NCBI RefSeq assembly: GCF_030684315.1
Contig: NC_081387.1
Location: forward strand, 1,344,497-1,408,496
Reading direction: 5' to 3'
Source: Stegostoma tigrinum
Taxonomy: Eukaryota
DNA: 64,000 bases
The notes beneath the pieces are model-generated. The model did not search any database and was not told the origin of the DNA. It saw nothing but the letters and a program-made list of their open reading frames with translations. Positions 11,345 through 23,939 of the stretch are shown here, one piece after another (position 1 is the stretch's first letter; each line of letters opens with the position of its first letter). Made by a program: the position numbers and the translations under genes.

Positions 11345-12984
11345 CAGAGATAATGGGAACTGCAGATGCTGGAGATTCCAAGATAATAAAATGTGAGGCT
11401 GGATGAACACAGCAGGCCAAGCAGCATCTCAGGAGCACAAAAGCTGACGTTTCGGGCCTAGACCCTTCATCAGAGAGGGGGATGGGGGGAGGGAACTGGA
11501 ATAAATAGGGAGAGAGGGGGAGGCGGACCGAAGATGGAGAGTAAAGAAGATAGGTGGAGAGGGTGTAGGTGGGGAGGTAGGGAGGGGATAGGTCAGTCCA
11601 GGGAAGACGGACAGGTCACGGAGGTGGGATGAGGTTAGTAGGTAGCTGGGGGTGCGGCTTGGGGTGGGAGGAAGGGATGGGTGAGAGGAAGAACCGGTTA
11701 GGGAGGCAGAGACAGGTTGGACTGGTTTTGGGATGCAGTGGGTGGGGGGGAAGAGCTGGGCTGGTTGTGTGGTGCAGTGGGGGGAGGGGATGAACTGGGC
11801 TGGTTTAGGGATGCAGTAGGGGAAGGGGAGATTTTGAAACTGGTGAAGTCCACATTGATACCATATGGCTGCAGGGTTCCCAGGCGGAATATGAGTTGCT
11901 GTTCCTGCAACCTTCGGGTGGCATCATTGTGGCAGTGCAGGAGGCCCATGATGGACATGTCATCAAGAGAATGGGAGGGGGAGTGGAAATGGTTTGCGAC
12001 TGGGAGGTGCAGTTGTTTGTTGCGAACTGAGCGGAGGTGTTCTGCAAAGCGGTCCCCAAGCCTCCGCTTGGTTTCCCCAATGTAGAGGAAGCCGCACCGG
12101 GTACAGTGGATGCAGTATACCACATTGGCAGATGTGCAGGTGAACCTCTGCTTAATGTGGAATATCATCTTGGGGCCTGGGATGGGGGTGAGGGAGGAGG
12201 TGTGGGGACAAGTGTAGCATTTCCTGCGGTTGCAGGGGAAGGTGCTGGGTGTGGTGGGGTTGGAGGGCAGTGTGGAGCGAACAAGGGAGTCACGGAGAGA
12301 GTGGTCTCTCCGGAAAGCAGACAGGGGAGGGGATGGAAAAATGTCTTGGGTGGTGGGGTCGGATTGTAAATGGCGGAAGTGTCGGAGGATAATGCGTTGT
12401 ATCCGGAGGTTGGTAGGGTGGTGTGTGAGAACGAGGGGGATCCTCTTGGGGCGGTTGTGGCGGGGGCGGGGTGTGAGGGATGTGTCGCGGGAAATGCGGG
12501 AGACGCGGTCAAGGGCGTTCTCAATCACCGTGGGGGGAAAGTTGCGGTCCTGAAAGAACTTGGACATCTGGGATGTGCGGGAGTGGAATGTCTTATCGTG
12601 GGAGCAGATGCGGCGGAGGCGGAGGAATTGGGAATAGGGGAAACCAGTCCAACCTGTCTCTGCCTCCCTAACCGGTTCTTCCTCTCACCCGTCCCTTCCT
12701 CCCACCCCAAGCCGCACCCCCAGCTACCTACTAACCTCATCCCACCTCCGTGACCTGTCCGTCTTCCCTGGACTGACCTATCCCCTCCCTACCTCCCCAC
12801 CTACACCCTCTCCACCTATCTTCTTTACTCTCCATCTTCGGTCCGCCTCCCCCTCTCTCCCTATTTATTCCAGTTCCCTCCCCCCATCCCCCTCTCTGAT
12901 GAAGGGTCTAGGCCCAAAACGTCAGCTTTTGTGCTCCTGAGATGCTGCTTGGCCTGCTGTGTTCATCCAGCCTCACATTTTATT
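11345..12984 (-). mobile_element. Penelope-like element, 5'-truncated, with inverted pLTR
   Basis: ORF 11698..12567 has the GIY-YIG endonuclease (VVYCIHCTRCGFLYIGETKRRLGDRFAEH...PVANHF). ~340-bp inverted arms. 14-bp TSD ACCACTGAGATTTT at 11331-11344 and 12985-12998. Confidence 0.93.
11444..11473 (-). ncRNA. Minimal hammerhead motif, sense to TAP1 pre-mRNA
   Basis: Same 30-nt motif on the minus strand. Confidence 0.75.
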
Positions 12985-14254
12985 ACCACTGAGATTTTGC
13001 TGGGCTAAAAATCTACTCTGGGCTACAAATCTACAGCAATTGCTCCACCAACAATTCCTGCTCAAAAAGTGAGTCACAGCCAGTGCCTGCTGAATCGAGC
13101 CATCAGTTTGTCTTGGAGCTTTGCCCTCTACAATAATGATTCCATTCCAGATGGACACCAGAAGCCTAAGATCTACAAATAAAGCATTGCTTTTTGATCA
13201 TTTTTATATGCAGGTTATCGATGATGCAAACATTGTATCAGGATATTCATAAAACAGTACACCGCCACCCTGGCAGTACATTCTAGATTCCTACCTCTCT
13301 TGGAGAGGAAAAAAAACTGTCCCACACATCTCCTTTGAACTTTGCCCCTCTCTCAGATTAAATGCATGCCTCCTAGTATTAGACATTTCAACTCTGGGAA
13401 AAAGATTTTGACTGTCAACTCTATCTATGCATCTCATAATTTTATAAACTTCTGTTAGGTCTCCCTTCAGTCTCCGCTGTTCCAGAGAAAATAATTACAG
13501 TCTGTCCAACCTCTCCATACCCTCTAATGTAGACAGCATCCCAATAAAACTCCTTTGCAACTTCTCCAAGGCCTCCACATCCTTTCGGTAGTGTAGAGAC
13601 CAGAACTGAATCAAGTGTGGCCTAACCAAAGTATTATGAAGCGGCATCATATCATCCTGAATCTTGTACTCAATTTGCTGATCAATAAAGGCAAGTATGC
13701 CATAAGCCTTCTTTACCATTAATGCTCAAGCCCATTGCTGTGGGTCTGGAATCACATGTAGGCCAGACCAGGTTAGGACAACAGATTCTGTTCCCAGAAA
13801 GGAATCAGTGAGCTGGATGGGATCAAAACTGTGATCACTGTCACTGAGATTAACTTTCAATTCCAAATGGATTCGTCAGGTTTCAATTCAACCATCTCCG
13901 GTGATTTCAATTCTAGCCCTCTATATTACCGGTCCAGTGACAGCATTTCTGCATTTTTATCTCACGTGTATATGCAGTCCTGGTTTATGTGTATGGTCTC
14001 TGGATGTGTATATGGTTTAAAGTACATACATGATTGCTAGATGTATACCAGGCTGCCAGAGCGAATGTGTCATCTCTGGATATGTACATGGATCCAGGGC
14101 AAATATATTATCGATGGATACAGACATGGATGCAGGGAAAAGAATACTATGCCTTGATGTGTACATGGTCCCAGGTAGTGTATATGACCCTCGATGTGTA
14201 TTCATGGTGTTGTGTATTTGGCCCTGGATGTATACCTAGTTCCATCTTGTGTAT

Positions 14255-14461
14255 CAGAGATAATGGGAACTGCAGATGCTGGAGAATTCTAAGATAATAA
14301 AATGTGAGGCTGGATGAACACAGCAGGCCAAGCAGCATCTCAGGAGCACAAAAGCTGACGTAAGGGTCTAGCTGATGAAGGGTCTAGGCCCGAAACGTCA
14401 GCTTTTGTGCTCCTGAGATGCTGCTTGGCCTGCTGTGTTCATCCAGCTTCACATTTTATTA
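14255..14461. mobile_element. Minimal PLE hairpin insertion
   Basis: Only inverted pLTR ends. TSD TCCATCTTGTGTAT at 14241-14254 and 14462-14475. Confidence 0.85.
14372..14401 (+). ncRNA. Minimal hammerhead motif
   Basis: CTGATGAAGGGTCTAGGCCCGAAACGTCAG. Confidence 0.7.
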
Positions 14462-15724
14462 TCCATCTTGTGTATATTAGCCCTGGATGTATGGTTCTGG
14501 ATTGTGTACACTATCCCTGGCTGTATGTATGGCCCTGGGTCGTGTACCCTATCTCTGGCTGTGTACGTGGCCCTGGGTCGTGTATCCTATCCCTGGCTGT
14601 GTACGTGGCCCTGGGTCGTGTATCCTATCCCTGGCTGTGTATGTGGTCCTGGGTCGTGTATCCTATCCCTGGCTGTGTACGTGGTCCTGGGTCGTGTACA
14701 CTCTCCCTGGCTGTGTACATGGACCTGGGTTGTGTATCCTATCCCTCGCTGTGTACACGGTCCTGGGTCGTGTACGCTATCCCTGGATGTGTACATGGCC
14801 CTGGGTCATGTGCAGTAGCCCTGGCTGTGTACATGGCCCTGGGTAGTGTATCCTATCCCTGGGTCGTGTACATGGTCCTGGGTCGTGTACATGGCCCTGG
14901 GTCGCGTATCCTATCCCTGGCTGTGTACATGGCCTGGGTCGTGTATCCTATCCCTGGCTGTGTACATGGCCCTGGGTCATGTATCCTATCCCTGGCTGTG
15001 TACATGGTCCTAGGTCGCGTATACTGTCACTGGCTGTGTACGTGGACCTCGGTTGCCTACATTAACCCTGACTGTGTATGGTCTCAGGAAAGCACTGTTT
15101 TAAAAATGGGAGTAGGATTAAAGGGACCTGTGTGAGGGAGAGAAATCAGACAAAACTGGGGATTAGGTGATGAGAATTCGGGATTGGACACAGTACTGGC
15201 TCCCAGCAGTCAGCTGTTACGGTGTAGAAGGAGGCCATTCGGTCCATTGTGTTAGCACCGACTCTCCGAGGGAGCGTTGTTTCAAACAACCTTCCGAACA
15301 CCCAACACCGCCCCCCGGGCCCTGAATGTCTCACTTGGACTGGCTCCCCACTTCTTTGCGCCGCACACCCAACCCCGGGCTGTGTGAGAAATATTCCTAT
15401 CCTCGTTTGTCAACTTTTGTATCTTACACTGAACCTGTGTCCCGTAAAGAAAAAGTCGCCTGTATCAATGACAGAGGTGTCCCGTCAAGGCGTCTTTTAA
15501 AAGTGTGCGTTTTCAGCTGTGAGATGACAGAATTCAAAAGAAATCTGTTGAAAGGTCCAGGCACCAAACTGGAAGCAGCAAAGGGTGAGGTAACATCATG
15601 AGAAAAGGCAGGATCAGTATGACGGTGCCATATTACATTGCGGGGCAGCAGGCGCTTTGCAAATATTTTGGAAAAATCTGGATGTTCCTGAAACCCCAAG
15701 ACCCTTCTCTCTCTCTCACTCACT

Positions 15725-15758
<34 letters not shown>

Positions 15759-15799
15759 AACAGAGCAGCAATCCCGCAGTGTACACAGAGTCGCTGCAG

Positions 15800-16057
15800 T
15801 TTCCCGGAAACAGACAAACTGACCTGTTTCTGCTGGAGCACAGCGGCCGGCGCTCTCTCTCTCTCTCTCTCTAACACACGGTGCTCAGGAGCTGGAGTTC
15901 TCTTCGGGAAAACGGCAAAAGGCTGGAGATAACCGACCTTGTCCAGCCACTCGGTAAACCTTTCAGCCGGGAATTTCCCCACACACCCTCCCTCTCCTCA
16001 CCGGGTCCGGAACCGCCTCTGTCAACACGGAGACTGAAAGTGAAACCAAGTGAAGCC
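15800..16057 (-). promoter_or_regulatory. Interferon/NF-kB-responsive TAP1 promoter
   Basis: GAS TTTCCCGGAAA at 15800-15810. kB site GGGAATTTCCCC at 15969-15980. ISRE/IRF-E GAAAGTGAAACC-AAGTGAAGC at 16036-16057. These motif classes are known from the mammalian TAP1/PSMB9 promoter. Confidence 0.75.
15824..15950 (-). other. TAP1: Predicted non-coding first exon (5' UTR) of TAP1; 5' boundary approximate
   Basis: Donor CAG|GTCAGT at 15823-15818, in a CpG-containing, repeat-free island just downstream of NF-kB and ISRE motifs. The coding exon has an acceptor 23 nt upstream of the ATG that needs a partner donor. Confidence 0.6.
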
Positions 16058-16149
16058 GTGCCCTTGTTCAATTCAATATACGAAGTGTCAGATATGCAGG
16101 GTTTTTTTTCTCTCTCTGTCACTCACGCATACACACGGGTCAATTGTTA

Positions 16150-18200
16150 GAATCGTACACCACAGAAGAGGCCATTCGAGCTTTTACCGCCAATAAATAC
16201 CACACCAACTCCATCTTCCCACACTAGGCTCGTAGCCTTGAATGTTATGACACTTAAAAGTGTTCATTCAGACGCTTATTCTAAAGGTTGTGAGGTTTCC
16301 CACCTCAATTACCCTCCTACATAGAACGTTCCAGACCCCCGCCACCCTCTGAACTGAAAATGTTTTTCTTCCAATCCCCGCTAAACCTCCTGCCTCTCAC
16401 TTTAAAATTTTATTGCTGAGTTAATGACCCTTTGCCGATAGACAAGGCTACTTTCTCTCCACCCTACCCCCTCAAACAGGTCCCCTCTCAATCTTCACTA
16501 ATCTAAACAAAACAAGTTCGTCACTTAAATGCCCCACTTCCAGGCAACATCCTGGTGAATCTCCTCTACATCCCTTCTATTTAAGATCACACCCTTCCTC
16601 TAGTGCAGTGACCAGAACTGCACACAGTATTTAGCTGTACTTACTTTGATGATAGTATAAGGTAGCGTTGGACGTTAGATAGACCTTAGGTTTAGGGTAA
16701 AATTTTGGCACAACATCATGGGCCAAAGGGCCTGGACTGTGCTGTACTGCTCTATGTTCTGTGGCCTACCCAAAATTCTGTACATCTCCAACACACCTCC
16801 TGGCTCTTATAATCCATGTCTTGGCTAAGACAAGTGACCGGTGTGCCTTCCTCATTACCCCGATTAGCCTGCCCTGCCATCTTCATGGTTCTGTAGACAA
16901 CTACCCTCAGATCCCTCTGTTTCTCTGAGCTCCCTGGTGTCCTACCATTCACTAAGGACTCTCTTGTCTTGTTCCTTCTCTAAAAGTACACCACCTCACA
17001 TTTATATTCATAGCGTCATTGAGATGTATAGTTCTCCTCATCCATGCTGACCACATATCCTAAATTAATCTAGTCCCATTTGGCCCATATCCTTCTAAAC
17101 CCTTCCTATTCAGATACCCATCTGGTGGCCTTTTAATTGTTGTAGTTGTGCCAGGCTCCACTACTTCTCCTGGGAACTTGTACCTTATATGCACCACCCT
17201 CTCTATGTAAAATGTCCCTTTTAACTCTTTCCCCTCTCACATTAAGCCTATGCCCTCTAGTTTTGGATTCACCGACCCCAGGGAAAAGACCTGTCTATTT
17301 ACCCTATCCATGCCCCTCATGATTTTATAAGCCTCTGTAAAGTCACCCGTCATCCTCTGATGCTCCAGAGAAAATAGCCCCAGTCTGTACTGCCTCTCCC
17401 TCCAAGCTTGGCAACATCCTTGTAAATCTGTTATGAACCCTTTCAAATTTCACAACATCCTTTCTATAGCAGGATTAAACTCCATCTATCCCTGATCTGC
17501 CCATCTGACCAATCCATTTCTATACTCATATAACCTAACAGCTTCCCCCCCAAGCCCCCATCGCCTCCTGGTCAATCAAGTGTCATCCACAAACATATCA
17601 ACCTCCTCCCCAACCCCGACCTCCCTGCCCACATTCTTATTTACATTGTTGATTAATATCACAAACAATAATGGACCCAGCATTGGTCCCCGTGTTATAC
17701 CGCTGCACACAAACAGATCTCTACCACCACCCTCTGTATCCAATCACTAAGCCAATTTTGGATCCATCTTGCTAAGTTGCTGTAACCTTTCACCTTCTTT
17801 ATCAGACTCCCATGTGGGACTTTGCTGAAATCTATATAAACTACATCAGCTACCCTACCCTCATCTGCATCTTGGTCACCTCCACGGAAAATTCCACCCT
17901 ATTTGTTCGCCATGACCTCCCTCTGACAAAGCCCCATGCTGACCCTCCCTGATCAAACCTTGCCTCTCTAAATGGAGATTAATTTTCTCCTTCACTATTT
18001 TCTCCAATAGTTTCCCTACTACTGATGTTATTCTCACTGGTCTATAGTTCCCTGTTCTATCTGTAAGACCTTTCTTGCAAAAAAGAACTATATTAGCCAT
18101 CCTCCAGCCCTCCAGCACCTCTCCTGTAACCAGAGAGGAATTAAAAATTTGGGACAGGATCCCAGTGACTTCCTCCCATGTCTCTCACAGCAGCAACACA
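16150..18200 (-). mobile_element. Cluster of CR1 LINE fragments
   Basis: ORF 17876..18118 has GNYRPVRITSVVGKLLEKI; ORF 17237..17446 has RLGLFSLEHQRMTGD. Confidence 0.85.
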
Positions 18201-18889
18201 AGACAATCTCCCAAAAACTGCACTTTTAAAACCACTGTTGCAATTTATAGAGAGTTTTCAACAAAAATTTGCAGACAGGTCACTGGACATGAAATGATAC
18301 CTCTGTTTCTCTCTCTACAGATGCTGCCAGACCTGCTGTGTTTCTCCAGCCCTTTCTATTTTGTTTGTTTCTGATCTGCAGTTCTATGTTTAATTTCAAC
18401 AAGGCCATGTTTACTATACAGACAGAGTTTTCAACAAAGAGACTGGATGCATTCTCACATGGAATGTCTGCTAGTCTGGGATCCCTGTGGAAACAGACAT
18501 TGTATAATTGCTTCAGATTCCTGTATGGTGGAAATCAGGGAATGGGATTGTATCTCCCAATATTCTGGGCATTGAATCGAATGAGCAGCATTTTCCAAGG
18601 CAGTCCAGTTGTTCACAGTCATTTCCAATCTGCATGAGCTGCTCTGTGTCTGTTTCCATGGGGATCCCAGATCAGCTTGCAGTCTCTCGAACTGGTTACA
18701 AATCTGTCAGTCCTGCACAGCTCCTGCAGGAAGGGGGCTCTGTGTTGTAAAATGTGTCAGACAGCAGAGTTAGTCTTCCATTTGCAGACAGCAGGACTTT
18801 ATGTTGAGGCCTGACTCCCACCAGCTACTGGAATTGAAAAGACTGGACATCACTGTCCTGATAACTCTTCACAATTCTCTCCTTACGGA

Positions 18890-19235
18890 AAGGGAGGGAA
18901 TGGCCTAGCGGTATGATTGTTGGACAATTAACCTAGAAACTCAGCTAACGTTTGTGGACCTGGGTTCAAATCCTGCAATGGCGAAATATGAATCCAATAA
19001 AAACATGGAATTAAGAGTCTAATGATGACCATAAATCCATTGCTGAAGGGGAAAGGGAAAAAACATCTGGTTCACTAATGTCCTTTAGGGAAGGAAACTG
19101 CCATCCCTACCTAGGCTGGTCTACATATGAAGCCACTCCCACTGCAAAGTAGTTAACTCTTAACTGTGCTCTGGGGCAACAAATGCTGGCCTAGCCATTG
19201 ATGCCCTCATTCTGTGAATGAATAATAAAAGAAAA
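18890..19235 (+). mobile_element. tRNA-derived SINE with LINE-type 3' tail
   Basis: TGGCCTAGCGG and GGTTCAAATCC boxes; tail AAATGCTGGCC...GAATGAAT shared with the LINE end at ~62300-62345. Related copies at ~10200-10530 (-), ~13720-13945 (-) and ~46200-46400 (+). Confidence 0.7.
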
Positions 19236-21624
19236 TGAGGATCGTCTGATCCTGCATTTCTCTATTAATAAATCCCAGCACCCTGTATGTTTATTAATCC
19301 ACCCTCTCAACCTGTCCCACCACCTTCAACAATTTCTGCTCAGTTACCGTGCCCCCCGAGACCTTTTGCTCCTGTATCTCCCTTTAGATTTTGAATTGAT
19401 TGAGTTTTCTCTGACTCTGTGTCACCCACCACCCTCCCCACCCTCACTCTATCAGTCTTGCCCTGTCTCCCCCACAACAGTATTAGTGACCTTGATCACT
19501 TTATGAATGAACTGTTTCATGCAATTTAAAAAAAGTTCCAATTTGAAATGTAGTTTAATATGGACAGTATCTGTGTCAAGGAGTTGTCCACTTTTTTGTA
19601 GGGAAAACACAAGTTTATTTTTCTTCAAAGGATTTTTTTAAGATATAATTTTTGACTCACTTTCACCCAGTTTTCCTTTCAGTTTTCTTCTTTGTCTAAC
19701 TGATATGGTGAATAATTTACATTATTCAACTTGGGTTTCATTTTAAAATTCTAGGCTTAAAAACGTGTCTGCTTGTTTTTTTGCAATGAATGTTCTTTCC
19801 AGTAATGCTGTAGTCCTACCATTCTCTTTGGGGCTTCTTTCAAGTTCAGATGGTTCTAATAAAGGGCCACTGTTTTCTTTGAGGAGTTAGCAAAATGAGA
19901 ACCCAAGGTTACAAAGCAAGGTGCCCTGTGCAGCCAGAGCACCTGATTCAGCTAAAATGTTTCCTGAGGCTGAACAATAGAAGACCAAGCCCAGCATGGG
20001 GTAGAGATCGAACCCAACGGCGGGGTGTGGGGGATCGAGCCCAGAGTAGGGGGAGAGATCGAAGTCAGTGGGGAAGAGAGATCAAGCCCACTGCAGAAGA
20101 GAGATTGGGCCCAGCGCAAGAGAGAAATCAAGCCCTGTGCTGGAGGAGAGAGATCATGTGCTTGCGGGGAAAGCCCAGCATGGAGCAACTGCAGGCCCAC
20201 AGCTAAAGAAGGACTGTAATTTGAAAGTTTTAATTGGACGTTCCTACCTTACAGATGACAAACATAGAAAATGGTGCAGGAGTAGGCCATTCGGCCCTTT
20301 GATCCTTCCCCACCATTCAATACAATCATGGCTGGTCATGTAATTTCAGTATCCTATTCCCGCTTTCTCTCTATACTCTTCAAGCCCTTTAGCCATAAGG
20401 GCCACGTTAAGCTTCCTCTTGAATATATCTAACAAACTGGCCCCAACAGAAGGGTTCTGAATAAACGCATTGGAGCAACCTGTGATCCCGAGCTGAGAAC
20501 TCCAAAAATTGAATAAAACTTTGAACATTTTTCTTCAAATGTGGTGACCAATGAGCCCTCATTAGCTACAGCAATGCCTAAGGAAGTACTTGCTAGGATA
20601 ATCCTGATCTGAGTTGATTGTGATGCTCAAACAAACATGCTTATTATTTGCCATTTTCATGATATGTCATTGCTGCTTGTAGCTCCCAAATTTGAATTCC
20701 TACAGTGTGAAAAGAAGCCATTCGGCTCATCAGGTCTGCACCAACCTTCCAAAGAGCACCCCAAGCAGGCCCGCACCCTATACCTCTAATGCCACATTGA
20801 CCATAGCTAATCCACTCTCTAGAGACTATGGACATCTTTGGACTGTGGGAAGAAAGCAGAACACCGTAGACATGGGGGGAATGTTCAAACTCTACACAGA
20901 CGGTCGTCTGAGACTGAAATTGGAGCTGGGTCCCTGGTGCTATGAGGCAACAGTGCTAACCACTGAGCCAGCATGCTGCTCTCATCACCCCAGCCTTACC
21001 CTTCCATGCAGGACTCTAAGATGGTGGGACAAGAATGTAGATTAGTGAAAGAATTGCACTTTGATGCTATGGTTCTCCAACTAGCCGTTAGGGTAATCAG
21101 ATAACAAAAAACCCCAATTGGTTATGTTTCTTTTCTCAAAAAACTAGACATTTCTTCTTGTGCAGCATGCAAATGCTTGTAGAATTTTTGCCTCCCCTGC
21201 AAATGTAGAAATTTAGAGCCTGCTCCACCATTCAATATGACCGTGGCTGATCCTGTCTCTCAATGTTACATTCCTGTGTTCCCCCCTTGATGCCTCGAAA
21301 CTTAAACATTTGTCCATCTCTTGCTGGAATATATTCGATGGTGTGATACCCACTGCCTTCTGTGGTAGAGAATTCCACAGGTTCACTCCCCTTTGAGTGA
21401 AGAAATCATTCCTCATCTCGCCCCTGAAAGGTCTATCCCGTATTTTGAGAATATGTCCCTGATTCTGGACCCACCCCCCATTCAGGAGAAATCCTTTCCC
21501 TCTGTGCACCTAGTCTTTCCAGCCCTGTTAGAACTTTAAATGTTTCAGTCAGATATGAGACCACCAGGCCGAGCCACTGGAATACTGGGCTAGAAGTCTC
21601 TGCTGAGGAAGACCGCCATGCCAG

Positions 21625-21797
21625 ACTGAGACCCCACTCCTGGGTGTGACCCCATTCCTCGGTCAGACCCCACTCTTGAGTGAGACCCCAATCCTGGGTG
21701 AGACCCCACTCCTGGCTGAGACCCCACTCCTGGGTGAGACCCAATTCCTGGGTGAGACCCAATTCCTGGGTGAGACCCCATTCCTGGGTGAGACCAC
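21625..21797. repeat. 18-bp minisatellite (~9 copies)
   Basis: GAGACCCCA(C/A)TCCTGGGT units. Confidence 0.9.
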
Positions 21798-22329
21798 CTG
21801 CCAGGCTGCTGGACGCCAAAGATGAAGAAGACCTTCATGCTGGGACAAGATCGCCTTTGTCCACCTTCACAGGCCTGGGCCTAGCTGCAGACCTGGCGCC
21901 TCAGCGAAGCCTGTATGACCAGGCCAGGGGAGACAGCCTGGGACCTGTTTCCTTGATCACCGGGAGACCCCAGGCCGGGATGGAGCTGTGTCTGACTTAC
22001 CCTGGTGTTGCTGCTGACATAGCTGGAGGCCTCCTCCTTCGCCCACCAATCTCGGGACTTAAAAGCAAGAACAAAACACAAAGCAAAAAGCAAAAGAGCA
22101 ATAGTATAAACAGGAAATAAGAAAGGCATTAAGAAAGCTGACAGGAGCGGACGAGCCTCAGGCTTAGGCCCCCTTACTCCACTGCCATCTTGGAGATTTT
22201 TAACAAAGTGAATCCAAACACAGAACTAGGCAGCTTAATCATGAATTCTTCTAACTTGGCTTCTATTATGTTTGCTTTGTTGCTGGTCCAGAATTGTTGA
22301 ACAGCTTAAGTCCAACATGACTACGAAGT

Positions 22330-23600
22330 TTCAAACTCATCGGTAACTGTTCTAGGACCATCCATGGAGTAGCTTTGGTGCAATTAGTCTTTTGCCTGAG
22401 TTGGCTGTGACTGAGAATTGGTTGGGTGGGAGAAAGCAGTGGACGATAGCTGAAGGGTGATTTTCTGCCTGGAATTCAGTGTCCAGTGTAGTCCCACAGG
22501 GGTCTGTGTAGGAGCCCTTGCTGTCTGTGGTTCACATAAACAATTTAGACTTGAATGATCAGTAAGATTGTGGATGGTACAAAAATTGGTCAGGTGGTAA
22601 ACAGTGGGGAGGAAAGCTTTAGAGATCAGGGGCAAATGGAATTCAATCCAGATAAATGCAACGTGTTGCACTAAGGCAGGACCAACAAAATACATGAAGA
22701 ACAGTAGGTTCCTGGAAAGTACCAAGGATCAGAAGGACCTTGCTGTGCATCTCCACCAGTATGATAAGGTGGTGGACAGTTGGATAAAGTTATTAAAGAA
22801 GCATATGGTATACTTGCCTTCGTTAACTGAGGCACAGAGTTTAAGAGCAGGGGGGTGATGCTGTACCTGTATAAAACATTAGTGTGACCACAGCAAGAGT
22901 ATTATGTTCTGGAATCACATAATAGGAGGAATGTGATAGCACTGGTGAATGTATAGAGGAGATTTACCAGGATGTTGTCTGAGCTGGAGAGTATACTTAT
23001 TAAGAGAGATTGGACAGAGCTGAAATAAAAAGGTGTAGAGCTGGATAAACACAGCAGGCCAAGCAGCATCAGAGAAGCAAAAAAGCTGACTTTTTGCGTC
23101 TGGATCCTTCTTTCCTGCTCCTCTGATGCTGCATTCATCCAACTCTACACCTTCTTATCTCAGATTCTCCAGCATCTGCAGTTTCTATTATCTTGGACAG
23201 AGCTGGGTTGTTTTCTTCGGAGCAGAAGAAACTGAGAAAGGACATGATTGCATAAACTTATGAGGAACATACTCAGAAAGAAACATTTCCCCTTGACGGA
23301 GGGATCAATGAGCAGGGGGCATAGATTAAAGTAAGGGGCAGAAGTTTAGAGGAGGAGATGTAAAAGTTTGTATTTTCACCCAGAGAGTGGTGGAAATCTG
23401 GAACTCACTGCCTGCAAGGGTGATAGAGGCAGAGACCTACATGACATTTATAAAGTATTTTAGACGTAAAATTGCATTGCCAGGGCAAACAAGGCAATGG
23501 GCCAAAAGGTGGAAAATCAGATTAAAATAGGCAGGTGGTATTGACCTGCACACACTTGATAGGCTTGAAGGGTCTTTTTCCGTGCTGTTGAGCTCTATCA
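22330..23600 (+). mobile_element. CR1 LINE fragment
   Basis: Degenerate ORF2 C-terminus, interrupted by PLE 23023-23192. Confidence 0.75.
23023..23192. mobile_element. Minimal PLE hairpin insertion
   Basis: Inverted pLTR ends. TSD TTGGACAGAGCTG at 23010-23022 and 23193-23205, inside a CR1. Confidence 0.8.
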
Positions 23601-23699
23601 CATTGACCTCACTACTACTCTCTTTCCCCACTCCCTCAGCAAGAGTGATCCTTCCTAAGAGGACGCTGAGCCCAGTCCTAACCCTTCTCCTTCCCCTCA

Positions 23700-23900
23700 T
23701 TCTCCAATAAGGAACCCCCTGCAGGTTCTCCTATATCCACAGGGGGCGGCAGATGCTGTCCCTCTGCTCGGAGCCTGCAAACACACTTGAATTCATAGAC
23801 TCTGCCCAGCAACAGATGGCGTTAAACCAGATCGTTATTCCGATTGGTCAACAGGTCCCCACCCTTTCCCGGAGAAGGGTTGATATTCCGGGAATCCCTC
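23700..23900 (+). promoter_or_regulatory. SXY + tandem GAS module, copy 1
   Basis: X1 CCCAGCAACAGATG at 23805-23818, X2-like TGGCGTTA, Y ATTGG at 23843-23847. GAS-like TTCCCGGAG at 23866-23874 and GAS TTCCGGGAA at 23886-23894. Confidence 0.75.
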
Positions 23901-23939
23901 AGAGGGCGGCGAGGGGGCGGGAACTTATTCTTGTCCAAG

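Larger units (their letters stand above)
13965..15080. repeat. Minisatellite: degenerate 18-20 bp monomers (left) and 38-bp dimeric unit (right)
   Basis: Unit CCCTGGGTCGTGTATCCTATCCCTGGCTGTGTACGTGG, with 38-bp period (e.g. 14533, 14571). Confidence 0.9.

Noticed and set aside
14407-15135. 242-aa Cys/Pro/Trp-rich ORF and overlapping ORFs
   Set aside because: Translation of the 38-bp minisatellite plus a PLE end; open in several frames, with no gene structure.
21433-22120. Repetitive ORFs (LTQEWG)n and (WVRPHS)n
   Set aside because: Product of an 18-bp tandem repeat inside a dispersed repeat.
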